Under the pieces are notes generated by a model. The model was not told the origin of the DNA. It saw nothing but the letters and a program-made list of their open reading frames with translations, and did no database searches. Below are positions 19,232-29,995 of a DNA stretch of 64,000 nucleotides, piece by piece (the first letter of the stretch is position 1; every line of letters begins with the position of its first letter). The stretch covers positions 340,992 to 404,991 of the forward strand of contig CAVYWK010000024.1 in NCBI GenBank assembly GCA_963772255.1. Direction: 5' to 3'. The DNA is from an uncultured Acidobacteriota bacterium. Its GTDB lineage: Bacteria > Acidobacteriota > UBA4820 > DSQY01. Position numbers and translations under genes: made by a program.

Positions 19232-19573
19232 ATGGACAACAAGTGGACCGTGATCCGCCAGCGAGCGACCTTCGGGACGGCCTGCGCGTTGGGAATATCG
19301 ATTTTGCTGGCATGCGGATACTCCCCAGGGACCACCGACGGACAAGCCATCTACCGGGAGGCCTGCGCCCCCTGTCACGCCGTGCCGCCGGCCATCGGTC
19401 CCAACCTCGTGGGCATGAGGCTCACGCCCGAAATCCTCTCGAAGAAACTCGACACCGGAGGCAAGGGGATGCCCAAGTTCCCGGGCATCAAGGGGGAGGC
19501 CCGGCAAAACCTGATCAAGTTCCTCCTGGACATGAAGAGTCCGTCGGGGAACTTAGGGACAGTGAGGGAGTGA
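19232..19573 (+). CDS. Class I c-type cytochrome, probable lipoprotein
   Basis: 113 aa with GGGAGG 5 nt upstream of the ATG. Lipobox-like ILLACG. Single heme motif CAPCH and a distal Met in GKGMPKF. Confidence 0.75.
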   Translation: MDNKWTVIRQRATFGTACALGISILLACGYSPGTTDGQAIYREACAPCHAVPPAIGPNLVGMRLTPEILSKKLDTGGKGMPKFPGIKGEARQNLIKFLLDMKSPSGNLGTVRE

Positions 19574-19685
19574 GGAGTGAGCGGAGTAGGAGATTTGGAG
19601 AAGAGGGCTCATCTCGGGCCTCGATTCGCCCGCTCCCGGCTTCCATCCCAAATCCCAAATCCGAAATTCCAAATCCGAAAATTCC
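19556..19685. repeat. GTGAGGA-type array (19556-19592, overlapping the cytochrome c 3' end) plus AAATCCSA array (19645-19685)
   Basis: Read directly. Confidence 0.7.
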
Positions 19686-19745
19686 CTCCCCCTTCGCCCA
19701 ACCTAGGAGGACTGTGATAACCTCAACACTTTGAGGAGCGCACCC

Positions 19746-20687
19746 TTGCCCAAGGCCGACCTGCACGTGCACACCCGGTATTCCGCCTGGCGCCACCTGC
19801 GCTTCATCCACCCTCGGGACTGCTATGTGGAGCCCGGGCAAGCCTACGAGCGGGCCCTTGCGGTGGGCATGGACCTCGTGGCGGTGACGGACCACGACAG
19901 CGTGGAGGGGGCCTTGCGCCTGCTCCAGATGCCCGGCGTGGATCCTCACCGGGTCATCGTGGGCGAGGAAGTGGAGTGCTCCTTCCCAGAGACGGGGCAG
20001 TGGGTCCATGTGAACGTGCTGGGCCTGGGCGAGGAGGATCACCGCGAACTGCAGCGCCTGAGGGGCGATGTGCGTGACGTGGTGGGCTACTGCAGGACTC
20101 GGGGGTTGCTCCACATTTTGAACCACCCCTTTCAGTCCTACTTCGGGCAGAAGCCCCTGGAGGCCTACATCGAAGACATCCTGGCGCTCTTCACCCATGT
20201 GGAGGGGCTCAACGGGGGGGTGACCCACCTCCAGAATCGCTCCGTTCGAGCCCTGTGCGCCGCCGCGGCGGCGCAGGGGTGCGAACTCACTCAGGTGGGC
20301 GGTTCGGACGCCCACACGGTCGGAAGGATCGGCAAAGCCTGGACGGAGGCCGAGGGCGATACGGCCCCGGCCTTTATCGAGAACGTGCGCGCCGGCCGCT
20401 GCCACCCGGGTGGGGCCTCACAGGGCGTTTGGGGCCTGTTCCTCGATGTGGAGCGCGTCATCGGCACCTATTACGCCCGGTTGTACACGGGGCGGGGCGG
20501 GGGCGGAAGCGCGGCGGCGTATGCTGGGGATCTTCTGGCTGCCACGGCATGCTTGCCCGCGGCCTTCGGGCCCTTCCCCCTGGCTGTCGTCGCCCTCAAC
20601 CAGGCTCGCCAGAGGGCCGTTTCGCGGGCCGTGCCGGCCAAGCTCTCGTCCCTGGATTGGAATGGTCTGGCACTGGCATCGCGCTGA
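19746..20687 (+). CDS. PHP-domain metal-dependent phosphoesterase
   Basis: ORF 19731..20687. GAGGAG-N7-TTG favours a start at 19746. DLHVHTRYS and VAVTDHDS are PHP motifs. Confidence 0.75.
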   Translation: MPKADLHVHTRYSAWRHLRFIHPRDCYVEPGQAYERALAVGMDLVAVTDHDSVEGALRLLQMPGVDPHRVIVGEEVECSFPETGQWVHVNVLGLGEEDHRELQRLRGDVRDVVGYCRTRGLLHILNHPFQSYFGQKPLEAYIEDILALFTHVEGLNGGVTHLQNRSVRALCAAAAAQGCELTQVGGSDAHTVGRIGKAWTEAEGDTAPAFIENVRAGRCHPGGASQGVWGLFLDVERVIGTYYARLYTGRGGGGSAAAYAGDLLAATACLPAAFGPFPLAVVALNQARQRAVSRAVPAKLSSLDWNGLALASR

Positions 20688-20690
20688 GAT

Positions 20691-20804
20691 AGTGAGGAGT
20701 GAGGAGTGAGGAGTGAGGAGTGAGGAGTGAGAAGTGAGGGCAGATGCGGGGCATCCCCGCTTTTCCGATCGCCTGATCACCTGATCACTTGATCACCTGA
20801 TTAC
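20691..20804. repeat. GTGAGGA x6 array (20691-20740), terminator core, GATCACYT array (20767-20804)
   Basis: agtgaggagtgaggagtgaggagtgaggagtgaggagtgagaagtgaggg ... gatcgcctgatcacctgatcacttgatcacctgattac. Confidence 0.85.
20746..20764 (+). terminator. Rho-independent terminator after the PHP gene
   Basis: gcgggg-cat-ccccgc + tttt. Confidence 0.65.
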
Positions 20805-20853
20805 TTGTCCTGTTTCGCATGGCCGGACTAGATTTGCCCAAGGAGGACGCTCC

Positions 20854-22474
20854 GTGGACGCCCGATTCAAGCCCCTGGTTCCCGACGAATCTCCGGCCGT
20901 GCCGCTGGGCCTCCCACGCACCGAGGACTCCATCTGCCCCGAGTGTTTCGAGGTCATCCCCGCCCGTCTCTACGAAGAGGGCGGCAAGGTCCTGATGAGC
21001 AAGTCGTGCCCCGCCCACGGCGGATTCGAGGACATCGTGAGCAGTAACGCCGCCATTTTTCTCCGCATGGAGAAGTACGCGGTCGAAGCGGAGACGGAGC
21101 TGGAGAACCCCGTCGTGCCTGACTCCGAAACGTGTCCCCACGGCTGCGGCCTATGCGCGGGCCACCTCTCCCACGCCAGCCTCACCAACCTGGACCTGAC
21201 CAACCGCTGCAACCTGCGCTGCCCCTACTGCTTCGCCAACGCCAACGTCCAACCCTATGTCTACGAGCCCGACCTGAGCCAGATCGAAGCCATGGTGGAC
21301 AAGGCCCTCGGCATCGAGCCGCGGCGCATGCAGGCCGTGCAGTTCAGCGGTGGCGAACCGACCCTGTCGCCCCACTTCCTGGACGCCTGCCGGCTCGTGA
21401 GGTCCAGGGGCATCAAGATGATCCAGGCGGCCACCAACGGCATCCGCTTCGCCCAGGAGGAAGGCTTCGCCGAGCGTGCCGCCCAGGCGGGGTTGAACGC
21501 CGCCTACCTCCAGTTCGACGGCATGGACGACGAGGTCCACCGCGTCACGCGCGGGGTAAGGGGACTCTTCGATATCAAGCTCAAGGCCATCGAGGCCTTC
21601 CGCCGGGCGGGCATCCGCGTGACCCTGGTGCCCACGCTCATCAAGGGCGTGAACGACCACCAGATCGGAGACATCCTCAAATTCGCCCTGGCGAACCTGG
21701 ACGTGATCGTGGGACTCGCGCCCCAGCCCGTGGCCTTCACGGGGCGCATCGACCCCGGCGAGCGCCTGCGCCCGCCGCTACACGAGCGCCGATGTGGCCA
21801 TGGACATCGAGCGCCAGACGGGGCTCCTCAAGGCCGACAGGGACTTTTGGCCGTTCAGCATCACGGTGCCCTTCGCGCGCATCGTGGAGAACGTCCTGGG
21901 CGCGGACAAGAACGGTTTCCTCCCCATGCACTGCAGCGCGCACCCGGACTGCGGGGTCTCCTCGTTCCTTCTGGTGAACCAGCGCACGGGCGCCAGCGTG
22001 CCGCTCAACGAGATGTTCGACATCGACCGCACGGTGATGATGGTCCACGACCTGGCTCGCAAGACGGGCCGGCACCCCAGCCGGCTTTACGCCACGGCCC
22101 AGTTCCTCTCCATCTTGATGAAGACCTACCGGTCGGACCGTGCGCCCAAGGGTCTGAACATGCTCCAGCTCGCCAAGACCATCGACGCCATCTCGGGCAA
22201 GCGCATGATCGGCATCGCCAAGAAGAAGCGCTACGAATGGCGCATGTTCCTCGTGGCCTCCATGCACTTCATGGATGCCTACAACTACCAGGTTTCGCGG
22301 GTCAAGCGGTGCACGATCCACTACAGCTCCCCCGACGGACGCCTCTACCCCTTCTGCACCTACAATTCGGGCCACGCCTTCCGCCACGAGGTGGAGCGCG
22401 AGTACAGCGTCCCCAAGGCCGATTGGCTCGCCAACCACGGCGGACGCTATGTCAGCGAGGGGTTCTTGGAGTAG
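20854..22474 (+). CDS. Radical SAM protein of the MJ0619 / tetraether-lipid-synthase (Tes, GDGT-MAS)-like type (frame disrupted near 21770)
   Basis: GTG start with AGGAGG 7 nt upstream. N-terminal CPEC...CPAH knuckle, then CPHGCGLCAGH, then the radical-SAM CNLRCPYC, and a large C-terminal domain continued in ORF 21794..22474. The +1 shift lies between RIDPGERL and RRYTSADVAMDIERQTG. Confidence 0.6.
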
Positions 22475-22570
22475 GTTCCCCGCAGGGGCCATCTGCCCAG
22501 GCCCCGGAGTCCGAATCACCTCGGCGGCCGGGGTGGAGTCAGAAGCGAAAAGCTAAAAGCGAAAGCATTC

Positions 22571-22658
22571 AACCGCGAAGACCGCAAAGTGCGCCAATAA
22601 AAAACCTCTTCTCTATTGTTTTTTAATACCCTTTGCGACCTTGGCGTCCTTGGCGGTT
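22571..22658. repeat. MITE/REP-like hairpin element: 8-mer-array arms around an AT-rich loop
   Basis: aaccgcgaagaccgcaaagtgcgccaa (22571-22597) pairs imperfectly with ttgcgaccttggcgtccttggcggtt (22633-22658). The loop is aataaaaaacctcttctctattgttttttaataccc. Confidence 0.6.
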
Positions 22659-22932
22659 AGATGTCCTGGCCCTTTTCAGCTTAAAGAAAAGTCATCAAGT
22701 CCATGCAATAAGCCCGCACGATCTCCAGCCTCACCCACTCCCTCAGCACCCTCCCTCTGTGACAGGCATCACGAAGGGTGCCATTACCTCTGGACACTTG
22801 ACATAAAAGGAGTTACCTTACCTATAACGATTGTGGGAGGCAGAGACTTGTCGAAAAATAACGCGTCGGCCCGAGGCAGGAATTAAGGTTTCCCGCGGAG
22901 GGCCGGTTCGAAGGGACTCGAGGAGGTGGGGC

Positions 22933-25044
22933 ATGAAGAAACGGGTGAGCGTTGGAGTGTATTTTGTGGCCATCCTGGCCATGCTTTTGGCGGTGGCCGC
23001 CGTGGCGGCTCCTCCTCAGGAAAAACCTTGCGACCAGGCAACGGCAACCCAGGCGGCGGACCGATGGGACCCCAATGCCGCCGTCCCTGCTGACGGTGGG
23101 CAGGTTCTGGTGAAGGCGGTCCCGGCTCCCGCAAAGAGCCTGGCAGAATTGCAGGCCTGCTCCAAACCGCCGCAGAAGGGGGGAGGCGACGACGGACTCG
23201 CGCTCCAGCGCCGGGTGGCACCCTCGCCCTCGGCCGTGACCGCCACGGTTCTGTGGGACCAGCCGTCCAACGGCGGGAACGGCATCATCGATCAGCACTT
23301 CCCGGATTTCGGCGCCGGTGTATACAGCGCCGATGATTTCATCGTGGACACCCCATGGAGCATCGGGACGATTTTTGTGGACGGTCAAGGCTCATCGCTC
23401 AGCAACGCCGTAAGCTTGAACTGGGCCATTTACGCCGATCAGCCCATGGACACCAGGCCCATGGGACCTATCAGCACGATGGCTCTCCCTGACGGCTATC
23501 CCGGCGCCGGGGCGGCCCCCATCTGGAGTTTGAGCCTGGCCCCCAGCGCTCCCGGCGTCACGCTGGGAGGGGGCAACACCCAGGTGACCCTGGACATCAT
23601 CGCCGCCGGCGGCTCCGCGGTCCTGTTGTCGCCCGGGACCTACTGGCTCGAGTTCTACCCCAGCCTCAGTTTCGGTTCCTATGGGCAATGGTTCTGGGAC
23701 ATGGCAAGCACGACGAATGGCTCGATCGCTCAAGTCGTCGATCCGACTAACCTCCTCGGGAGCGGCTGGACCAATTGGGTGCCGTGGACCCTCATCGACA
23801 CATCCGCGCACGATGCCGCCTTCCGCCTGGAAACCCCCTCCTGCCCCTCCTACACCTATGACAACGGCCCGCTGGTCACGCATCCCGGCGGCGGCTCGGG
23901 CGGCGCGGACGCCAGCGTCCTTCAGACAGCCCTGAGCTTGAACTCCTATGGGTTCGGCCACGCCATCTCTACCGGTTACCGCGTGGCGGACGACTTCGTG
24001 GTGACGGACTCGGCGGGCTGGGATGTGAACACCATTCAGTTCTATGCGTACCAGACCGGGTCCACAACGACCTCCACCATCAACAACATCAACTACCGGA
24101 TTTGGAACGGCGACCCCAGCAACCCCGCCAGCTCCGTGGTCTTCGGCGACACGACCACGAACCGGCTCATGGGATCGGTTTGGTCCAATATTTACAGGGT
24201 CGTGGACTATTCAATGATGGACACTAACCGCCCCATCATGGTAAGCACGGTAAGTTGCGGGACCCACCTGGCCCCGGGCACCTACTGGCTCGACTGGCAG
24301 GTCGGCGGGACGCTGTCCTCGGGCCCCTGGGCCCCCCCCATCAGCATCCTCGGCCAGACCACCACCGGGAACGGTCTCCAGTACTACACCTCCTGGGCCG
24401 CCGCGCTCGACGCGGGCACATTGACCCAACAGGGCCTCCCGTTCAAGGTCAACTACAGCGTGTGCGTCGTCTGCCCCACGATTGATGTGTATCCCTACAC
24501 CTTGCCCACGCCCACGGTGGGTGTCCCCTATACCGTGGTTTTCTCTGCGTACGGCGGGACGGAGCCCTACACCTTCGCGGTGACGGCGGGCACGCTTCCT
24601 CCGGGACTGACGCTGGCGCGGACGGCACGCTGTCCGGCACGCTCACGTCCCTGGGCGACTTCTCCTTCACGGTGACGGCCACCGATCCCGGGCTGCACGG
24701 GCGAGCAGAGCTACTCCATGGCGACCTTCAGCGCCTATTTCCTGGACGACCAGGGCCGGTCCAAGCTGTGCGTGAACCGCCTCACGGGCGACTACATCTG
24801 GGAGATCACTTCAGGCCCAGGCATGGGGACCTACACGGGCGTGGCCAACATCCTCAACGGCGGGACCAAGATCTACAGCAAGCCCGGCGCGTACGATTAT
24901 CTCAACTGCACCTACGACGCCATCAAGAAAAGGGCCGCCGGATACTACATCACCGGGGCTGGGGACTATTCGGCGCTGAAGGACTACAACACGACGAACA
25001 ACGAGGGCGGATGCTTCGGGCGACCGGAGGAGCCCGTCAAATGA
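22933..25044 (+). CDS. G1: secreted multidomain protein (two jelly-roll-like domains + He_PIG Ig-like + conserved CTD); frame interrupted twice
   Basis: AGGAGG-N6-ATG at 22933. Signal peptide MKKRVSVGVYFVAILAMLLAVAAVAA. Fragments are 22933..24675 and 24718..25044, in the same frame. Comparison with G2/G3 shows a 1-nt gap near 24616 and a 2-nt gap near 24686. Confidence 0.75.
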
Positions 25045-25111
25045 CCCACCCGCTTTGAGCAGGCGTGCCATGCCTGCTGAAGCGGTGAATTGATCTGCAG
25101 TTTGATTCCAA

Positions 25112-25160
25112 GGGCGCGGGGCCTGTCTTTCTGAGACGAGGGCCCCGCGCTCTTTGTTTG
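25112..25160 (+). terminator. Conserved GGGCGCGGGGCC...GGCCCCGCGC terminator of G1
   Basis: 12-bp GC stem followed by tttgtttg. The same stem follows G2-G4 and G6-G9. Confidence 0.75.
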
Positions 25161-25296
25161 TGAAGAGTGAAGAGTGAAGAGTGAAGAGTAAGAGACGCTC
25201 TCCTCGGGGGAGCTCATCTTCGGCCACGCTCCCCACGCGCACCTCGCGAGCTCCGAGATGGATCAGTGACGACCATCACGAAGTGCTCGCCCTTGC

Positions 25297-25326
25297 TGGA
25301 CAAGTCAACTAAGAATAGGTTAAATT
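25297..25326 (+). promoter_or_regulatory. Putative sigma-70 promoter of G2
   Basis: TGGACA-N18-TAAATT. The identical arrangement occurs upstream of G3. Confidence 0.4.
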
Positions 25327-25438
25327 AAGGCCATGGAAATCGGGAGAACGAACCAGTCACGGGAAGAGCGCGGTCGGCCGAGGCAGGGTGAGAGTGTCCC
25401 GCAGACGGGTCGATGGAAGGAAAATGGGGAGGTGTGGG

Positions 25439-27392
25439 ATGAGGATGAAAGGTGGAGTACTGTTGGTGGTCATCTTGGCCATGCTCCTGGCGGTGGCTGC
25501 CCTGGCGGGTTCCCCTACCGACAAGCAGTGCGGCAAGGTCAGCGCGGGCCAGGCGACTCAAGCCGGTGCCCGCCCAGGCCAAGACGGTTCCCGCGCCCCG
25601 TAAGAGCTTTGGGGTTCCGCAGGTCTGTTCCAACCCGGCCAAGCCGGGAGGAGGCGACGACGGCCTTCGCCCCAAGGCCGCCCCAGCACCCGCGCCCAAG
25701 GCGGTGAGTGCCACCGTCCTCTGGGACCAACCCCTGAGCACGGTGAACCAGAACGCCTATGTGGACCAGGATTTCTCAGATCTTCCCACCTACAGTTCCT
25801 ACCTCGCTGACGATTTCATCAACGAGACCTCATGGAACATCGGCACCATCTTCGTCCCGGGCGACGGCTGGAACGGGTTCACGACACTCATGAACGCCAC
25901 GAGCCTCACCTGGGCCATCTATGCCGACCAGGGCGTGCTGCCCTCGGGACCCATCAGCATGATGGGGATCCCCGACGGCTATCCCGGCGGAGGCAACGCC
26001 CCCTACTGGACCATCACCCTGCCGCCCACCGATCCCCAGGTGGCCATCACCACGGGGACGGGTGGTTATCCTTCCAACACGACCCTGACGCTCACCACGC
26101 CCATCAGCCTTCCCCCGGGCGCCTGGTGGCTCTATTTCTATCCCACGTTGAACTTCGCGTCGTATGGCCAGTTCGGCCGCCAGCCCTCGGACACTACCAA
26201 CGGCGGCATGGCCCAGTTCATCAATCCGGGCGGCGGCTTTGGTTTGGGCACGGGTCTACAAAATTGGAACATCCTCGACCCGGTGGGGCTCACCCAGCAT
26301 GACCTCGCCTTCCGCCTTGAAGACGCAGGCTGCGTGGAGACGGTGCAGGACGGCAGTTTCGAGGCGGGTTCGCCCAATCCTTACTGGGCGGAGTATTCCA
26401 CCAACTTCGGCACTCCCCTCTGCACCGTGTCGGGATGCGGTACGGGAACGGGCACGGGACCGCGCACGGGGTCCTGGTGGGCGTGGTTCGGCGGCATAGC
26501 CGCCTGGGAGGACGGCAGTGTCGCCCAGTCCATCGTGATTCCGGTGGGTACGGCCACGCTGAACTACTACACCGAGTTTCCGGTATGCAGCGGTGTGGCA
26601 GGGGACTACCTCGATGTGAGTCTCGACGGCACCAGAATCGCCCGCTACACGGCCCAGGACGCCACCTGCGGGACTGTGGGCTATGTCCTGCGCACCCATG
26701 ATGTGACGGCCTATGCCGATGGCTCCGCACACACCCTGAGCTTCCACTCCAACATTTCTTCGGGCGTCACCTCGAACTTCTTTGTGGACGATATCTCCCT
26801 CGTCTCGTGTGTGAACCCCTGCTCCACGATCTATGTGTATCCCTACACCCTGCCCACGCCCACGGTGGGAGTGCCCTACACGCTCCAGTTCTGGGCGTAT
26901 GGCGGGACGGAGCCTTATACCTTCGCGGTGACGGCGGGCGCGCTGCCTCCGGGGCTGACGCTGGCCGCGGACGGTACCCTGTCCGGCACCCTCCTTTCCC
27001 TGGGCGACTTCTCGTTTACGGTGACGGCCACCGATGCCAACGGGTGCACGGGCGAGCAGAGCTACTCCATGGCGACTTGGAGCGCGTATTTCCTGGACGA
27101 CCAGGGCCGGTCCAAGCTGTGCGTGAACCGGCTCACGGGCGACTATATCTGGGAGATCACCACCGGTCCGGGCATGGGGACCTACACGGGCGTGGCCAAC
27201 ATCCTTAACGGCGGGACCAAGATCTACAGCAAGCCCGGCGCGGAAGACTACCTCAACTGCACCTACGACGCCATCAAGAAAAGGGCTGCTGGATACTACA
27301 TCACCGCGGCCGGCGACTATTCGGCGCTGAAGGACTACAACACGACGAACAACGAGGGCGGATGCTTCGGGGGAGAGCAGAACCCCGACTGA
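25439..27392 (+). CDS. G2: secreted multidomain protein (jelly-roll domains + He_PIG + conserved CTD); frame disrupted near 25558
   Basis: GGGGAGG-N6-ATG. The signal peptide MRMKGGVLLVVILAMLLAVAALAG is in the frame of ORF 25388..25603, and the mature part is ORF 25452..27392. G1 alignment places the +1 shift between ...SAGQATQ and PVPAQAKTVPAP. Confidence 0.75.
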
Positions 27393-27459
27393 ACCCACCC
27401 ATCTAGGCGGGCGAGCAACGCCCGCTGAAGCGGTGCAGTGATCTGCGGTGTGATTCACA

Positions 27460-27502
27460 GGGCGCGGGGCCTAGTCTGCAAAGACGAGGCCCCGCGTTTT
27501 TT
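27460..27502 (+). terminator. Conserved-stem terminator of G2
   Basis: gggcgcggggcc...ggccccgcg + tttttt. Confidence 0.8.
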
Positions 27503-27674
27503 CGTGACAAGTGAGAGGTCAAGAGTGAAAGGGAAAAGTGAAGAGTGAGGAGTGAGGAGTGAGGAGCAAGAGAAGCTCTCCTCGGGGGAGCTCATCTTCG
27601 GCCACGCGACCCTCGCACGACTCTCGAGTTCCGAGATTGACTCGTGACGACCATCACGAAGCGCCCGCCGTTGC

Positions 27675-27704
27675 TGGACAAGTCCATGAAAAATACGGTA
27701 AATT
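27675..27704 (+). promoter_or_regulatory. Putative sigma-70 promoter of G3
   Basis: TGGACA-N18-TAAATT, homologous to the G2 promoter region. Confidence 0.4.
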
Positions 27705-27878
27705 ATCGCCATGGAAATGGGGGAGCGAATCACCCGACGGGAAAGAGCACGATCGGCCCGAGGCTGGCAGAGGGGGAAGCGGGTACAACGCCCTGCGAAG
27801 AAGCAGGAAGGCATCTCGTTTCTTCAAAAGGGAATGGCTATACTCTATCAATAGACTTTTGCATAAAGGGGGCGCGCG

Positions 27879-29976
27879 ATGAGAAGGATTCCTGTCCGTC
27901 CGATGTGGTTTGTGGTGCTTCTTGCGGCGATCCTCGCCCTGCCGGTGGTCGCCGGCGCGGCCCGGAACGACCAGTCAAGCATGGCGGGGGTGGCTCCCCC
28001 CCGGGCCTCACTGTCGGCCAATCCCGACTTCAGGGCCAAACCCCCGCAACGATGTGAATCGCCGGCGGTTCTTTCGGAAGGGGCCAAGGCGCGCCCGATG
28101 CGGGCCTTCAACAGCAATCAACCCAACAGGACCGCACCGTGGTCCAAGGTCTACGCGCCCTCCGGGAAGGCCGTGGCTCCGGGGCTGGCCATCCTCGTCT
28201 ACGCCGACGATTACTTCCATCAGGCGCCCAACACCTTCGTGGACCAGGCCCTGCAGTACTGGGGCTACGGGTACACGGCGCATTATGACGGCGACTTTTC
28301 CGGTTTCGTGGCCGATCTGACGGGGGGCACCGCCTGGGATCTCGTCATCTTCGCCCACGAGAACTACTCGACCGATTCCTCCGTGTTCGACGCCCTGAAC
28401 ACCTACGCGCTCGGCGGCGGCCGCCTGATTTTCCAGACCTGGCAGATGGGCGGAGGCGGCGATAGTTACACCTATCCCATCTTCGCAACGCTGGGGTTCA
28501 ACCTCGTTGAATCCAACTACGATCCCCCCTGGAACACCTACTGGTGGGATCCAAGCCACCCCTTCTTCAACTCGCCCATGACGGTTCCCGAATTCACCTC
28601 GCTGACGGGCTACCGCTACGGTACTTACGGCGGGCGCGGGGATGCGGATCCGGGATTCACGGCCGTGGCCGGGTACGTCTCCGGCCAGCCTACGGCCGTC
28701 TACATCCCCGGATACGCCGCCCTCGTCGTCGGGAACGGCGGGAGGACCATCTTCAAAGCCTTCCTCGACGGGCAGAACGACGCGAACCTCAACGAAAACG
28801 AGTATCCCGACGGCGCGGAACTCTGGATCAACATGATCGGTGGGATCTTTGGGTGCCCGGGCGCCCCCGTCAACGACGGGAGCTTCGAGAACGGCCCGCC
28901 GCCCTCCAGCGCCTGGACCGAGTGGACGAACACGGGATGCGAGTGGATCGGCGACATGAGCGGAATCTGGGGCATCCCCGCCCACGAAGGGGTGAATGTG
29001 TTCTGGGCCGGGGGGCTACTGCGGCGGTTCCATAAACTCGGACTACGTCGAGCAGAGCATCACGCTCCCGGCCAGCTCGCTGCTGAAGCTCAAGTTCTGG
29101 ACGGTCTTCTATCGTCCCGATCCCGACGACGCCTCCCCGGACACCTTCTACGTCAACGTGAACGGCACGCAGGTGTTCGCGAAGGGGATGATCCAGGCCA
29201 ACGACAGCTATCCGAACTGGGTCCAGGAAGAGGTCGACCTCACGGCGTACCAGGGCCAGACGGTGACCCTGCGCATCGGAGCCGACAGCCAGGGCTCGTC
29301 CACGGGGAACGTCCTCGTCGACGACCTCTCTCTCTCCGTCTGCCCCGTCGTCTGCCCCACGATTGACGTGTATCCCTACACCTTGCCCACGCCCACGGTG
29401 GGTGTCCCCTATACCGTGGTTTTCTCTGCCTACGGCGGGACGGAGCCCTACACCTTCACGGTGACGGCGGGCACGCTTCCTCCGGGGCTGACGCTGGCCG
29501 CGGACGGCACGCTGTCCGGCACCCTCACGTCCCTGGGCGACTTCTCCTTCACGGTGACGGCCACCGATGCCAACGGCTGCACGGGCGAGCAGAGCTACTC
29601 CATGGCGACTTGGAGCGCGTATTTCCTGGACGACCAGGGCCGGTCCAAGCTGTGCGTGAACCGCCTCACGGGCGACTACATCTGGGAGATCACTACAGGC
29701 CCAGGCATGGGCACCTACACGGGCGTCGCCAACATCCTTAACGGCGGCACCAAGATCTACAGCAAGCCCGGTGCGTACGATTATCTCAACTGCACCTACG
29801 ACGCCATCAAGAAAAGGGCGGCCGGATACTACATCACCGCGGCTGGCGACTACTCGGCGCTGAAGGATTACAACACGACGAACAACGTGGGAGGATGCTT
29901 CGGGAGGACCGGAGACGCCCAACTGACCGAACTCCGTCAGGGCGGGCGAGCCATGCCCGCTGAAGGGGTGAGTTGA
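27879..29976 (+). CDS. G3: secreted multidomain protein (unknown N-domain + jelly-roll + He_PIG + conserved CTD); frame disrupted near 29012
   Basis: Signal peptide MRRIPVRPMWFVVLLAAILALPVVAGA. Fragments are 27879..29366 and 28996..29976. The +1 shift is in the G-run ggccggggggct (GVNVFWAGG | YCGGSINSDY). The 3' end reads through the position of the G1/G2 stop. Confidence 0.75.
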
Positions 29977-29995
29977 TCTGAAGTCTGATTCAAAA

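Noticed and set aside
20691-20804. Short tandem arrays (here and in most spacers) as CRISPR arrays.
   Set aside because: The units are only 7-8 nt and directly abut with no spacers. No cas genes are present and there is no 25-40-nt repeat periodicity.
24718-25044. 108-aa ORFs at 24718..25044 and 46491..46817 as free-standing small proteins made only of the conserved C-terminal domain.
   Set aside because: Paralog alignment shows they are the 3' ends of G1 and G7, cut off by indels. The initiating Met of 24718 is the internal Met of the conserved ...EQSYSMAT[FW]SAYF motif. No RBS or promoter precedes them.
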